From an uncultured Methanosarcinales archaeon (lineage in GTDB: Archaea; Nanobdellota; Nanobdellia; Woesearchaeales; GW2011-AR9): 53,172 nucleotides of DNA. This document shows, in pieces, positions 39,788 to 49,172 of the stretch. The stretch is from positions 1 to 53,172 of the forward strand of contig CAZRCV010000005.1 in NCBI GenBank assembly GCA_964598745.1. Reading direction: 5' to 3'. Both the position numbers and the translations under genes were made by a program. The notes under the pieces are model-generated. The model had not been told where the DNA came from. It was given only the letters and a program-made list of their open reading frames with translations, and did no database searches. Numbering within the stretch: position 1 is the first letter of the stretch; the number at the start of each line of letters is the position of its first letter.

Positions 39788-40204
39788 TTGCTATTGATTG
39801 TGAATAGAATACTATTAGCAGTGTTGTTGGCTGGATTCGGCGCACAGGTGATTAAATTAATTATCTACTGGTTCAGACTCAAAACTTTGTCCGTTCATGA
39901 CTTGTTTGTAACCGGCGGCATGCCTTCTTCACATGCAGCTTTTGTAAGTTCTTTAGCCGCTAGTATCTACTTGCAAGAAGGGAATACTACTACTTTTGCC
40001 ATTGCCCTAATTTTGGCGTTCATTGTTCTACGCGACGCCTACGGCGTAAGAAGAACGGTTGGCAAAGAAGGATTAGCTATAAAAAAATTGTTCCAAATTC
40101 ACCATATCAAATCTAAAGAGCATTATGCTTTAGGACATACACCATTAGAGGTAGTGATTGGCGCAGTGATAGGTATAGCTGTAGCTATAGCAGTTTATTT
40201 TTAG
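39788..40204 (+). CDS. Divergent PAP2 family (DUF212, acid phosphatase/vanadium haloperoxidase-related) membrane protein
   Basis: AQ.IK, TGGMPSSH, DAYGVRR, LGHTP.EV. Confidence 0.92.
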   Translation: MLLIVNRILLAVLLAGFGAQVIKLIIYWFRLKTLSVHDLFVTGGMPSSHAAFVSSLAASIYLQEGNTTTFAIALILAFIVLRDAYGVRRTVGKEGLAIKKLFQIHHIKSKEHYALGHTPLEVVIGAVIGIAVAIAVYF

Positions 40205-40210
40205 TTATAT

Positions 40211-41116
40211 TTATCTTCTTGACCGTAGTGATAAATTTGGTAAAGTAACACTGTCGGGTATCTTTACACGGTAAGGTTCAAAGACATTAACTTTATCCCG
40301 AGGAAAAATTTGGCTTACTAGACAATAATCAAATAAACTAAATTTAGTGTGACTCTTTTGTGGAGTTTGGCAGTAAACAGCTACTCTTTGCAACAAGTTA
40401 AGACTTTCTATTGGCGATAATTCATTAGCAATAGCCCTAACAATACGAGGGATGTCGTGGTCATTAGTAACTACCCCCACTCTTTTATCTGAACAAGCAG
40501 TGGCATAAGCAACAGCCGCGCCAGCAATAGCATGGTCTGTTTTATCCATAGTTACGGTAGATTCTACTAAGTTTCTTGGACCATCGTAACTAGTTAGTGA
40601 AGCTGCTGTTTCATTAACAATACAAGCTAACTCAGCCAAGCGTTTTACTGAATGGCGATAATCTGTTATAGTACAAAATCTAAGAATGGACAAATTTCTA
40701 GTAAATTCATCTACTACACTACGTTGATTTCCAGGCGGTCGTGTTGTATATCGTTGAAGTTTTCCACCCGGCTGAAGGAGCTGATTACAATTCAACATCA
40801 AATGGATGATGTAAGGTATAAGCTCGCTGGTAGTCTCTGGTAGAGCTCTCACCTTGTTACTAGCAGCAAGGTGATCTTTCTGCCATTGATAAGTAGAAAT
40901 TTCCTTATCAATCCGGTCTAAAGATTTATTTAAATCGCTTATAGTTCTAGCCAAGTAAACTAAATCTCCTACCAATGGTTGACCATATTTTCCACGCACT
41001 TTGTTTCCGAAAATAGAATTATCAACTAAAACTAAATCACGGTCTTCCAGAATTTCATCTATAGTAAAGTTACTAGATTTATCTATAAGCATCCAAGTTG
41101 AAGCTGTACCTTCCAT
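40211..41116 (-). CDS. Hypothetical protein with a probable divergent PIN-like domain
   Basis: LVLVDNSIF ... E ... TDHAI ... VVTNDHDI acidic motif spacing. Confidence 0.5.
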   Translation of the reverse strand: MEGTASTWMLIDKSSNFTIDEILEDRDLVLVDNSIFGNKVRGKYGQPLVGDLVYLARTISDLNKSLDRIDKEISTYQWQKDHLAASNKVRALPETTSELIPYIIHLMLNCNQLLQPGGKLQRYTTRPPGNQRSVVDEFTRNLSILRFCTITDYRHSVKRLAELACIVNETAASLTSYDGPRNLVESTVTMDKTDHAIAGAAVAYATACSDKRVGVVTNDHDIPRIVRAIANELSPIESLNLLQRVAVYCQTPQKSHTKFSLFDYCLVSQIFPRDKVNVFEPYRVKIPDSVTLPNLSLRSRR

Positions 41117-41207
41117 AACTGTAAAAAAACTTTATTTTTATATAAATATTAAGCTAAAATTGTGCCAAAGGCCAAAATGAACGTTTGCCATTTCTCGAGA
41201 TATTATC

Positions 41208-42293
41208 TCAAAACTCTGTCAACTTCTTTTCGGCAGTGCAGTTTACGATAGTAGTATGGCCATCCTTCCCGGAAACTTTTTCCGTGGAGATAAATCTCCC
41301 TTCGCTAAGCTTGGTAATGCGCCGATGAAAGCTCTTATAACTTAACTGCCCCCCTGTTTCCAGGTACTTAGAAAACAAGTCGCCGATCTTGGCATTGCCA
41401 GTATCTTTGGCCAAGTTAAGAATTAGCTGCGTTTCATCGTCCAGAATTTCCTTGGGCTTGATATAAAATTCATCGGCTTTCTTAACCGCAGCGGCTACTT
41501 GTTCCAGGGAAACTTTTCGTAAACTTTTTTCTTCAGCTAAATTGCCAGCCTCCCGCATCAAATACAAACCTACGCGAATATCTTTAGCGGCAGTGCATTT
41601 TTCTACCACCTCTTCAAATGCTGCCTCTTCCCAACAACTCGTGGTAAAAGCATAACCGCGCCGCTCCAACAAAATTCCTGAAATTTCCGATTGTGAATAA
41701 GATCTAAAAAACACGAATTCTGGCGCCAAGCGGCTTCTGATCCGTTCATCTAACTCAGGATAAGAATCACGATAGTTAGTAATCAAAAAGATAGATTTAC
41801 GATAAATATCCTCCAGGACGGTGTATAAAAAATCTAAATCTTCTAATTTGTCAATTTCATCAAAAACAAACACTGCTGACTTTTTATTTACCTTCTGCTG
41901 AATTAAACTAAACAATTCGGAAGTTTTCTTGCTTTGGATAAATTTGTATCCCAAATCTTCGCAAATCTTTAAAAAAACCTTGAAAGTAGTATTTTCCTTC
42001 CAGCAATTAATGTAAATGGGAATAATCTCACTGGTTTCTTCTTCCAATTCCTTTAGGACATGTTTGCAAGCAGTGGTTTTTCCAATGCCCGGAGCGCCAT
42101 AAACAAAAATATTGCGCCCATTATGGCCGTCCAATAATGGGCGGATGGCCGTAGCGAAACGCATTTGCTCATTCTCTCGATACTTCAACAGCTTGGGCTG
42201 AAAATCATAATCTAAAATTACAGTGTCACGAAATAAAGATTCTCCACTCTTTAGCATATCCTTAAATAAAGACATAACTAGAAAGTAAGGCAA
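41208..42293 (-). CDS. cdc6: Cdc6/Orc1 replication initiator
   Basis: L.YRE.E, Walker A GAPGIGKT, YINC, Walker B VFDEID, RIRSRL, DIR. Confidence 0.93.
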   Translation of the reverse strand: MPYFLVMSLFKDMLKSGESLFRDTVILDYDFQPKLLKYRENEQMRFATAIRPLLDGHNGRNIFVYGAPGIGKTTACKHVLKELEEETSEIIPIYINCWKENTTFKVFLKICEDLGYKFIQSKKTSELFSLIQQKVNKKSAVFVFDEIDKLEDLDFLYTVLEDIYRKSIFLITNYRDSYPELDERIRSRLAPEFVFFRSYSQSEISGILLERRGYAFTTSCWEEAAFEEVVEKCTAAKDIRVGLYLMREAGNLAEEKSLRKVSLEQVAAAVKKADEFYIKPKEILDDETQLILNLAKDTGNAKIGDLFSKYLETGGQLSYKSFHRRITKLSEGRFISTEKVSGKDGHTTIVNCTAEKKLTEF

Positions 42294-42572
42294 ACTGTAT
42301 ATTAAGGTTGTGTTTTATTAAAACAAATAATTAACTAAGTTTAGAAAGATTATTTATTTATCTTAAAAGAGCAAGGCATCTAGCGAGCTAGTTCTTCCAA
42401 TCGTTTCAGAATCAAATTTTTAACTTCATTTGTAGTAACTTCCCCTTCATAGGTCGTACTAACTGAAGGAGCACCCATACCCTCTTCTTCTGTACTTAAC
42501 CATGCGGCCGGTGTATTAGGTAGATATTATCAAAGAACAAAAATTGAGTGTAAACGTTCAATGAAAAATTTT

Positions 42573-42836
42573 TTAGTTATTTTTAATTCTGTGCTTAATC
42601 CATAACCTTTTGAAAAAAGGCAGAGATAATGTAGAAAGCACAAAACCGGTTGTTGGAATAATAGAATTAACGAATGGTTTGGGCAATTGAGCCACAACGA
42701 AAAGTAATACCACTATAATATAAGTTAAAACTGCGATAATTATTTTTCTGGTCCAACTTGTTTCCCAAGCTTTATCTAATTCAACTTTCTTGTTTCTTTG
42801 CTCAATTACATCAAGCCTTATTTTAACATTACTCAT
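42573..42836 (-). CDS. Small conserved-type membrane protein
   Basis: RNKKVELDKAWETSWTR followed by two TM segments. Confidence 0.75.
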   Translation of the reverse strand: MSNVKIRLDVIEQRNKKVELDKAWETSWTRKIIIAVLTYIIVVLLFVVAQLPKPFVNSIIPTTGFVLSTLSLPFFKRLWIKHRIKNN

Positions 42837-42897
42837 ACTAACAAGATTATAGACTAAAATTCATAAATATTTCTATTTAGTAGCCGATGAATAAACA

Positions 42898-44169
42898 TTA
42901 CTTCAATTCCGTAATTCCATTCATATATGGCCATAACACTTTAGGAATCTTAATTGTTCCTTGTTTGGTTTGACAATTTTCTAAGATGCCTACCATGATC
43001 CGAGAAGTGGCTAAAGCGGTATTATTCAAAGTATGCACCACCTCGCGCTGGCCATTTCGCTCTACTTTAATGCCTAGTTTGCGAGCTTGATAATCAGTGC
43101 AGTTGCTTAGCGACATTACTTCCCCATAATGATTTAATGTTGGTCGCCATACCTCTAAATCATAGCTTCTTTGCTTCCATTGAGCAAGATCCCCAGCGCA
43201 AATCTCTAATATCCGGTAAGGCAGCTTTAAAGCTTGCAAAATTTGCTCCGAGTTTTGCAGCAGTTCATTAAAAAATTTATCACTGTCTTCAGGCTTACAG
43301 AAAACAAACTGTTCCACTTTGTTGAACTGGTGGGTTCTCCACAAACCTTTTTCGTTAATGCCATGCGAACCAACCTCTTTGCGGAAGCACAGGCTGTAGG
43401 AGAAGTATTTTTGCGGCAGTTGTTTTTCAATAAAGCATTTACCAGCATTTATGCCTAATAAAGCATGTTCACTGGTGCCAATAAGAGCTAAATTTTCATT
43501 TTGCACAGAGTAAATAGTTTTATCCCATTCTTTAGCATCAATGGCTGCATCGAGTATTTCTTTTTTTATCATTAGCGGCGGCTCAATGTACAGATAGCCT
43601 TTTTGCTGCATGAAATTTATCGCAAACTGGATCAAGGCTTGATTCAGTAACGCCAGTTTTCCTTTCAAGAAATAAAACCCATTTCCTGAAGTTTGAGCCG
43701 AAGCATCAAAGTCTACTAAATCTAGGGCTTCGATTAATTCTACGTGAGTTTTTACAGGAAATTTAAAGTCAGGTTTCCTGCCCCAAGTTTTAATTTCCAA
43801 ATTTTCCGAATCGTCCTTGCCAGGTGGAACTCCCGAATGCATTAAATTGCCAACTAATTTTAATTGATCGTTTCGTTTAAACAGCCACTCTTCAGCTTTT
43901 TGCTCACCATTTTTGATGGCTTCAACCACTGACTGCATTTTCTTGATTTTAATCCTAGCTGTTTTTTCATCCTTGCTTTTTTTGGCAGCATTGATTACCT
44001 GAGAAACAACATTGCGCTGATGTTTGAGCTGTTCGACCAGTTTTAATTCCTTGCGCCATTGGTCGTCAGCTTTAAGAACCGTGTCTATTAAAACTGGGGA
44101 CTTGCCCCGCTTCTTTTCTGAAGCCTTAAATGATTCGGGATTACTTCTTAACTGATTGATGTCAATCAT
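42898..44169 (-). CDS. serS: Seryl-tRNA synthetase
   Basis: N-terminal coiled coil, GTSE, FRKE.G, R.HQFNKVE, SNCTDYQAR, HTLNNTALATSR. Confidence 0.98.
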   Translation of the reverse strand: MIDINQLRSNPESFKASEKKRGKSPVLIDTVLKADDQWRKELKLVEQLKHQRNVVSQVINAAKKSKDEKTARIKIKKMQSVVEAIKNGEQKAEEWLFKRNDQLKLVGNLMHSGVPPGKDDSENLEIKTWGRKPDFKFPVKTHVELIEALDLVDFDASAQTSGNGFYFLKGKLALLNQALIQFAINFMQQKGYLYIEPPLMIKKEILDAAIDAKEWDKTIYSVQNENLALIGTSEHALLGINAGKCFIEKQLPQKYFSYSLCFRKEVGSHGINEKGLWRTHQFNKVEQFVFCKPEDSDKFFNELLQNSEQILQALKLPYRILEICAGDLAQWKQRSYDLEVWRPTLNHYGEVMSLSNCTDYQARKLGIKVERNGQREVVHTLNNTALATSRIMVGILENCQTKQGTIKIPKVLWPYMNGITELK

Positions 44170-44302
44170 AAATTTTCTAATTCCTTATTATTATATAAAG
44201 TTTTAGCAACAAGCCGCGTTGCAGGACAATTGGTTTGAGATTATAACCAACAAACCCAAAACTATATAAAATAAAAAAAGCTACCTTCCCTTAGTTGCAT
44301 TT

Positions 44303-45700
44303 ATGAAAAAGGAGTTGATACTACTATTAGGTATAATATTTCTAGTTATACCTCTTAGCTTAGCGGACTTAAATAGTGGCATTCCCTGCGCTGCTGATGG
44401 CAATTGCGTCGCTTGTGAAAGTAGCTACCAAAATCAATACCGATGTTATTGTTATAGTCAAACCAATACTTGCTGGATTAACACTTCTTCTCTAGGATCG
44501 AACCAAGCAACTGGACAGCCAGATGACACTTTAACTGCTCCTAGTTCAACCAACAATCAACCTAATTTAACTGCAGTTACCAGTGATAGCGGTTCTTTAC
44601 AAACAGCCTTGGGAATGTTGCAGCAGCAAGTATCGGCTTCCGATTCTAGAAACCAGCAACAGCTGACGACTTTGCAATCCAGTTTAAGTTCGCTACAGCA
44701 ACAGGTTTCGCAATTAAGCCTGCAAGTGCAGAGTGTTTCCTTGCAAGAAGGACAAGTTAGCAGTTTGCGCACTGAGCTAGGTTCTGTATCTTCCGGGTTG
44801 GCTTCGTTGCAACAGAATTTTGATTCTACCAAATCCGAGCTAAGCGCTATTGAAAATAATTTTAAGAACGAACAGAAAAGAACTAAACTGCTTTCTGGGT
44901 TGGTTTACAGCCTGGTAGTGCTGGCAGCAGCTGGCACATTAGTTTATTTCATCAGCAGCAGAAGACGCAAGATTGACCCGCAGATCTTAAAATATATTAC
45001 TAATCATCTAAAAAAAGGAGCAAGGTATCCTGAAATTAAAGCCAATCTCCAAAACGCTGGTTGGGGTGTAGAAGATATCGACTGGGTTTACCAAGCTACT
45101 TTAAAACATTATCGGAAATATCACTCTGAAAATAACAATAGAACCAACTTTGATAAAAATAAAATAGCAGGAATATCAATTGTAAGCATCCTAATTATCG
45201 TTTCTTTGATATTTCTGCTGAAAGGGATAACCACTGGCCAAGCTATCAGATTTGAAACAGAAGAAGAATTAAGCCGGAACGTGCTGCAAACATTACAGAG
45301 CCGCTTGGCCAACAATCAATTCTATAATTTAGTGCAATCTGCAACGCTATGTGTAGAAGTAAAAGATGGGCTAAAATCAGTTTCCTATCGGATCGTTAAA
45401 ACAATGGCTGGCCAAAGCATTGATCCTGCGCTTCGTTCATGCTCTGAAGATACCAATTATAATGCAGCAGTTAAATTCACCGGCTGGAATAGCTTTGAAC
45501 ACTTAATGAATGACTTTACCTGCAGAACAGCCAGAGAATTACATCTAGAACGAAATGGAATTAGGGGAATATATGTATTGCCATCACAATTAGTACTTCC
45601 TGGATTTAGAAAAAATCCACAAGTTAACTACCAGCTATTTTGTCCGCTGCTTAGGGCCTGCTTAACACCAACAGAACTAGCCGTGTTAGGATGCAATTAA
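44303..45700 (+). CDS. Membrane/surface protein: signal peptide, Cys knot, coiled coil, TM, 'L..AGW..DI' domain, TM, Cys-containing ectodomain
   Basis: Architecture read directly from the translation. Confidence 0.75.
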   Translation: MKKELILLLGIIFLVIPLSLADLNSGIPCAADGNCVACESSYQNQYRCYCYSQTNTCWINTSSLGSNQATGQPDDTLTAPSSTNNQPNLTAVTSDSGSLQTALGMLQQQVSASDSRNQQQLTTLQSSLSSLQQQVSQLSLQVQSVSLQEGQVSSLRTELGSVSSGLASLQQNFDSTKSELSAIENNFKNEQKRTKLLSGLVYSLVVLAAAGTLVYFISSRRRKIDPQILKYITNHLKKGARYPEIKANLQNAGWGVEDIDWVYQATLKHYRKYHSENNNRTNFDKNKIAGISIVSILIIVSLIFLLKGITTGQAIRFETEEELSRNVLQTLQSRLANNQFYNLVQSATLCVEVKDGLKSVSYRIVKTMAGQSIDPALRSCSEDTNYNAAVKFTGWNSFEHLMNDFTCRTARELHLERNGIRGIYVLPSQLVLPGFRKNPQVNYQLFCPLLRACLTPTELAVLGCN

Positions 45701-45801
45701 GTGATTATACTAGAAAACCACTATAAATTGTGGCTTGCGGAGATAAGATTATAGCAAATTATATAAATCTAGTTAGGCTGTTTATAACAGAAAAGAGGAA
45801 G

Positions 45802-47544
45802 ATGGAACGCAGCCATTGTTATATTATAGTATTAAGCTTATTACTATTAGCTGTTGTTCCTGCAATCTTTCTTTCTGTTAATACGAGTTCTTTAACTGGG
45901 TTGGCGGCCGCAGAACCGGTCGCACCGATGCCGTTAGCTACAGAAGAGTCAGTAAACCTTCTCAAAACTCAAGTGAACCAACTGCAACAAGAAATAACTT
46001 TAATACAGAGCACTGCTGAGGCCAATGACCAAGAGATTAAAAGGTTAAATGGAAATATCCAAAGCTTAAATGCTCAACTAAGCCAGTTGCAACAAACAGT
46101 TGATGGAAAAATCAATTCCATTTCTACAGGGCTGGCTGGACTTCAGACAGAAGTAAAATCAACACAAAATGATTTATCACAGGTTAGGGCTTCCAGTGCG
46201 AGAAAAAATATTTTGTTAGCTGTTCTTATTTTGCTAATATTAGCTGCAACCAGTTGCGGAATCTACTTTTACCAAAAAGGGTTCTTTAACTCCAGAACTA
46301 CATCCCAACCTGCTAAAATGATGATGGACTTTATCACCAGGCAAATTAAACAAGGCAAAAAATTTCCGCAAATAAAGCAGGCTTTACTGCAAGCTGGCTG
46401 GAAGGATGAACAAATCAAGGAAGCTTATCAGGCCACCATGAACCAAAATTATCAGCAGTATCAAAAAAAAAACTATTCTGATCCCCTAGATAATTTAGAT
46501 AAAGATAAAATAAAAATTTTAGGCATCATTGGCATATTGGTTATTGTTACAATAATTATTGTGTTCTTAATTTATCGATCTTCTGCCACTGGACAAGCCT
46601 ACCAATTCTACGGGGGCGTGGCTGATTACGAAGAAGGGACCGGGTTAAACAGGGATATAACCCAACAACAATGTTTTCCGCCACGCCTCTTTATTCAAGG
46701 AGTTTGTTGCGACGATCGCAACCAAAACAATGTTTGCGACAGCAGCGATGGCTACCAGGAAACTGCCTTGGCTACTTATACTGGAACGCTCTATATCAGG
46801 CCAGCTTCTCCACAAGACATAGTACATAACCAGCAAATCATTATCGATTCGCAGGGTTTCAATCCTTCACCATTAAATGCCACCAGGGGAGATGTAGTTA
46901 ATTTTGTTAACCAGAGGCAGGAATCAGTCCGGATCATTCCAGGCACCGGATGTCCACCGATGAACAGCGGCTTAATTGCGCCAGGCAACACTTTTACTTG
47001 GGTGCCGGTTAATCCTGGAATTTGTTCTGTCACCCTAGGGACAGGAACCACAGGAGAGGCTTGCGCTGATAATTCTCAGTGCGCCAATGGCCGGTCTTGT
47101 GTGGATAACCAATGCCAATTCATTGCAGATCTGTATCAAACCAATAATTGTGGTGAATACTGCACGGTAATTAGAGTAAAGGTAGCAACATTTAATGTTG
47201 ATTCCGCCGGCAATGATGTTCAGCAAAATTATACCCTGCGCATGGGCTTGGGAAGCTACACTGGAGGAGGAGCTTTAGATTGGACTATCCAACCTATGCC
47301 TGATTTTTGCAAACCTTCTTCTGCTAGTCGAATTCACCAGGAAAGCAATACTTGGCGAGCTGACATAGCCATCCCTTTCGAGCTGAGAGAATTTAATAAT
47401 GGCAACTTGCTTTCTGCTAGGACTGAAACCGTTAACACTAGACAACAAAAGGCAATCAGCCACAGCCAGTTAAACTTAAACCAGTTTAGACTGCAAGTTC
47501 AAGATGTCCATTTGACTTGCGGTGGACAAACTGTTTTTGGGTAA
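45802..47544 (+). CDS. Paralogous membrane/surface protein with coiled coil, 'L..AGW..QI' domain, CC.D.N.N..CD motif and cupredoxin-like module (likely start 45802)
   Basis: GAGGAAG before ATG 45802; shares motifs with the upstream gene; GFNP..L....GD.V.F.N...SG.I.PG..F. Confidence 0.75.
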   Translation: MERSHCYIIVLSLLLLAVVPAIFLSVNTSSLTGLAAAEPVAPMPLATEESVNLLKTQVNQLQQEITLIQSTAEANDQEIKRLNGNIQSLNAQLSQLQQTVDGKINSISTGLAGLQTEVKSTQNDLSQVRASSARKNILLAVLILLILAATSCGIYFYQKGFFNSRTTSQPAKMMMDFITRQIKQGKKFPQIKQALLQAGWKDEQIKEAYQATMNQNYQQYQKKNYSDPLDNLDKDKIKILGIIGILVIVTIIIVFLIYRSSATGQAYQFYGGVADYEEGTGLNRDITQQQCFPPRLFIQGVCCDDRNQNNVCDSSDGYQETALATYTGTLYIRPASPQDIVHNQQIIIDSQGFNPSPLNATRGDVVNFVNQRQESVRIIPGTGCPPMNSGLIAPGNTFTWVPVNPGICSVTLGTGTTGEACADNSQCANGRSCVDNQCQFIADLYQTNNCGEYCTVIRVKVATFNVDSAGNDVQQNYTLRMGLGSYTGGGALDWTIQPMPDFCKPSSASRIHQESNTWRADIAIPFELREFNNGNLLSARTETVNTRQQKAISHSQLNLNQFRLQVQDVHLTCGGQTVFG

Positions 47545-47708
47545 AGAGAATTTTGACAAACAGTTTATATTCAAAATTCCTCTATTTAGTTGTATAAGGA
47601 AGGTGTTAAATTTTCGTACCTTTTTCTTCTGAGTTATATATAAAAATATAAAAGCGGAAATGGAGGGGGGTACGAATATTTAGTGCCTTTAGTATATTAA
47701 TAGTTATT

Positions 47709-47993
47709 TCATTGAAGATATTTAGCCAGAGTCTGACCAACCAGTAACCCAGCAGTAGCATAAGGCAACGTTTCAGTTACAATGGTTATATTCCTGTCAT
47801 GTTCCCTAAATAACTTACCAAGGACAGGAATTTTATACGTGTATTTTACAGCAAAAAATCCTAATCCACTTCCAATAGCCACTGATTCTATAACGTTTTG
47901 AATATTACTATCTGGACCTAAGGCACTTTCAAGAATAAACCCTGCAACTACTGAATCAGTAAATGTAGATAATCTTTCTATTAGGGTTTTCAT
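47709..47993 (-). CDS. Small hypothetical membrane protein
   Basis: 94 aa with hydrophobic segments; TTTTATAAA about 25 nt upstream. Confidence 0.6.
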   Translation of the reverse strand: MKTLIERLSTFTDSVVAGFILESALGPDSNIQNVIESVAIGSGLGFFAVKYTYKIPVLGKLFREHDRNITIVTETLPYATAGLLVGQTLAKYLQ

Positions 47994-48152
47994 GGTTACT
48001 ATTTTAGATAGTCCATTTATAAAACTTCTAGAAATATGGGCTCTGTAGAAAATATCACTAAAGCTCGGTCAGCACAAGCTCAGTACTTGATTTCTTAACT
48101 GGGTTCATACCCCGTTGCTTTGCTCCGATTAGGATTTTTTATTTAAAAGAAA

Positions 48153-48467
48153 TTATGGTATCATCTCCCGGCGCAAATCGAAATCAAAACGCTGCAGGAA
48201 TTCTTTGCTTAACGGCTCATTTTTGCTCCGTAATAATTGGTAAACATCTTTGCTAAAACAATGAGCGCATAATCCCATGGGGTTGTTGCAAATAATACAT
48301 TTGGTCGCGCCGCTAACGTTAATTCCCTTAACGTATTCCACTAACTGTTGATCATATTCACCAACCATCACCATCATCTGTGCCGCCAAACAATTAGGGC
48401 AAACAGGGTTGGTTATTATATCATCGCACTCTACACAGCGATTTTGTGCTGCAATCACTAGCCTCAC
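48153..48467 (-). CDS. Cys-rich Zn-finger-like hypothetical protein
   Basis: Four CxxC pairs. Confidence 0.75.
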   Translation of the reverse strand: MRLVIAAQNRCVECDDIITNPVCPNCLAAQMMVMVGEYDQQLVEYVKGINVSGATKCIICNNPMGLCAHCFSKDVYQLLRSKNEPLSKEFLQRFDFDLRREMIP

Positions 48468-48524
48468 CTCTTTTCAAGAAAAAAGTAATAAAACTTATAT
48501 ATATAGTTTTCATTTTTACGGCAT

Positions 48525-48986
48525 ATGGTATATATACGCATCAAGCAGGTGAGTAACAAGCCTTATGCTTACCTAGTTGAAAATATTTCTACTGAGAATG
48601 GGCCGCGGCAGAAAGTCAGAAAATATTTGGGGAGGGTATATCATTTCGAAAAACAACAAGAAATAAAATCTAATTTCAACGCCGAAAATAAATTGGAATT
48701 TCTAAAACAGTTAATTTCACACCATCTCCTGGGTTGTGGTTTTGCCCAAAAAGAAAAATCTTTGATTAATAACAAAGTAAATTTTTCTTTAACTGATCTG
48801 CAGTTTGAGTCTGGTGTTGTGTCCATTAATGATGGATTTCTGTGTAATCATACCATCGGCCAACTGCTGGAATTCCAGAAAACGTCTGACCTAAAAAATG
48901 ATGCCCAACAATTAGCCAAATATTTTATTACAGCCGGATTGCCTCTTTCGCCACCGGAATTTGTGCAATTTTATCAATTGCTTTGA
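48525..48986 (+). CDS. Hypothetical protein with N-terminal 'YIRIK...YAYLVE...RQKV.KYLG' nucleic-acid-binding-like motif
   Basis: 153-aa ORF divergent from the 48467 gene across a shared TATATA region. Confidence 0.7.
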   Translation: MVYIRIKQVSNKPYAYLVENISTENGPRQKVRKYLGRVYHFEKQQEIKSNFNAENKLEFLKQLISHHLLGCGFAQKEKSLINNKVNFSLTDLQFESGVVSINDGFLCNHTIGQLLEFQKTSDLKNDAQQLAKYFITAGLPLSPPEFVQFYQLL

Positions 48987-49172
48987 AAGATCAGCTACCA
49001 CACCTAAAACAAGTGATTATTAAGAAATAATTTAAAACCACTATTTGCAGCAATTTTAGGCATAAATTTCAAAACAACTTTAAACTAATCCTAAAGCCAG
49101 TAAGAGCTATATAAATCTTTAGAAAGACCTACCCAGTGTTTATATATAATAACTACTTATTTTAATATTGTT

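Noticed and set aside
42380-42478. Short minus-strand reading frame (MGAPSVSTTYEGEVTTNEVKNLILKRLEELAR)
   Set aside because: About 32 aa with no SD, promoter or motif support; at most a gene remnant.
42294-42572. Possible replication origin upstream of cdc6
   Set aside because: AT-rich, but no repeated ORB/mini-ORB (TCCA..GAAAC plus G-string) elements could be identified by eye.
48525-48986. Possible IS1634-like transposase, given its N-terminal motif
   Set aside because: Only 153 aa, with no DDE domain and no terminal inverted repeats seen.
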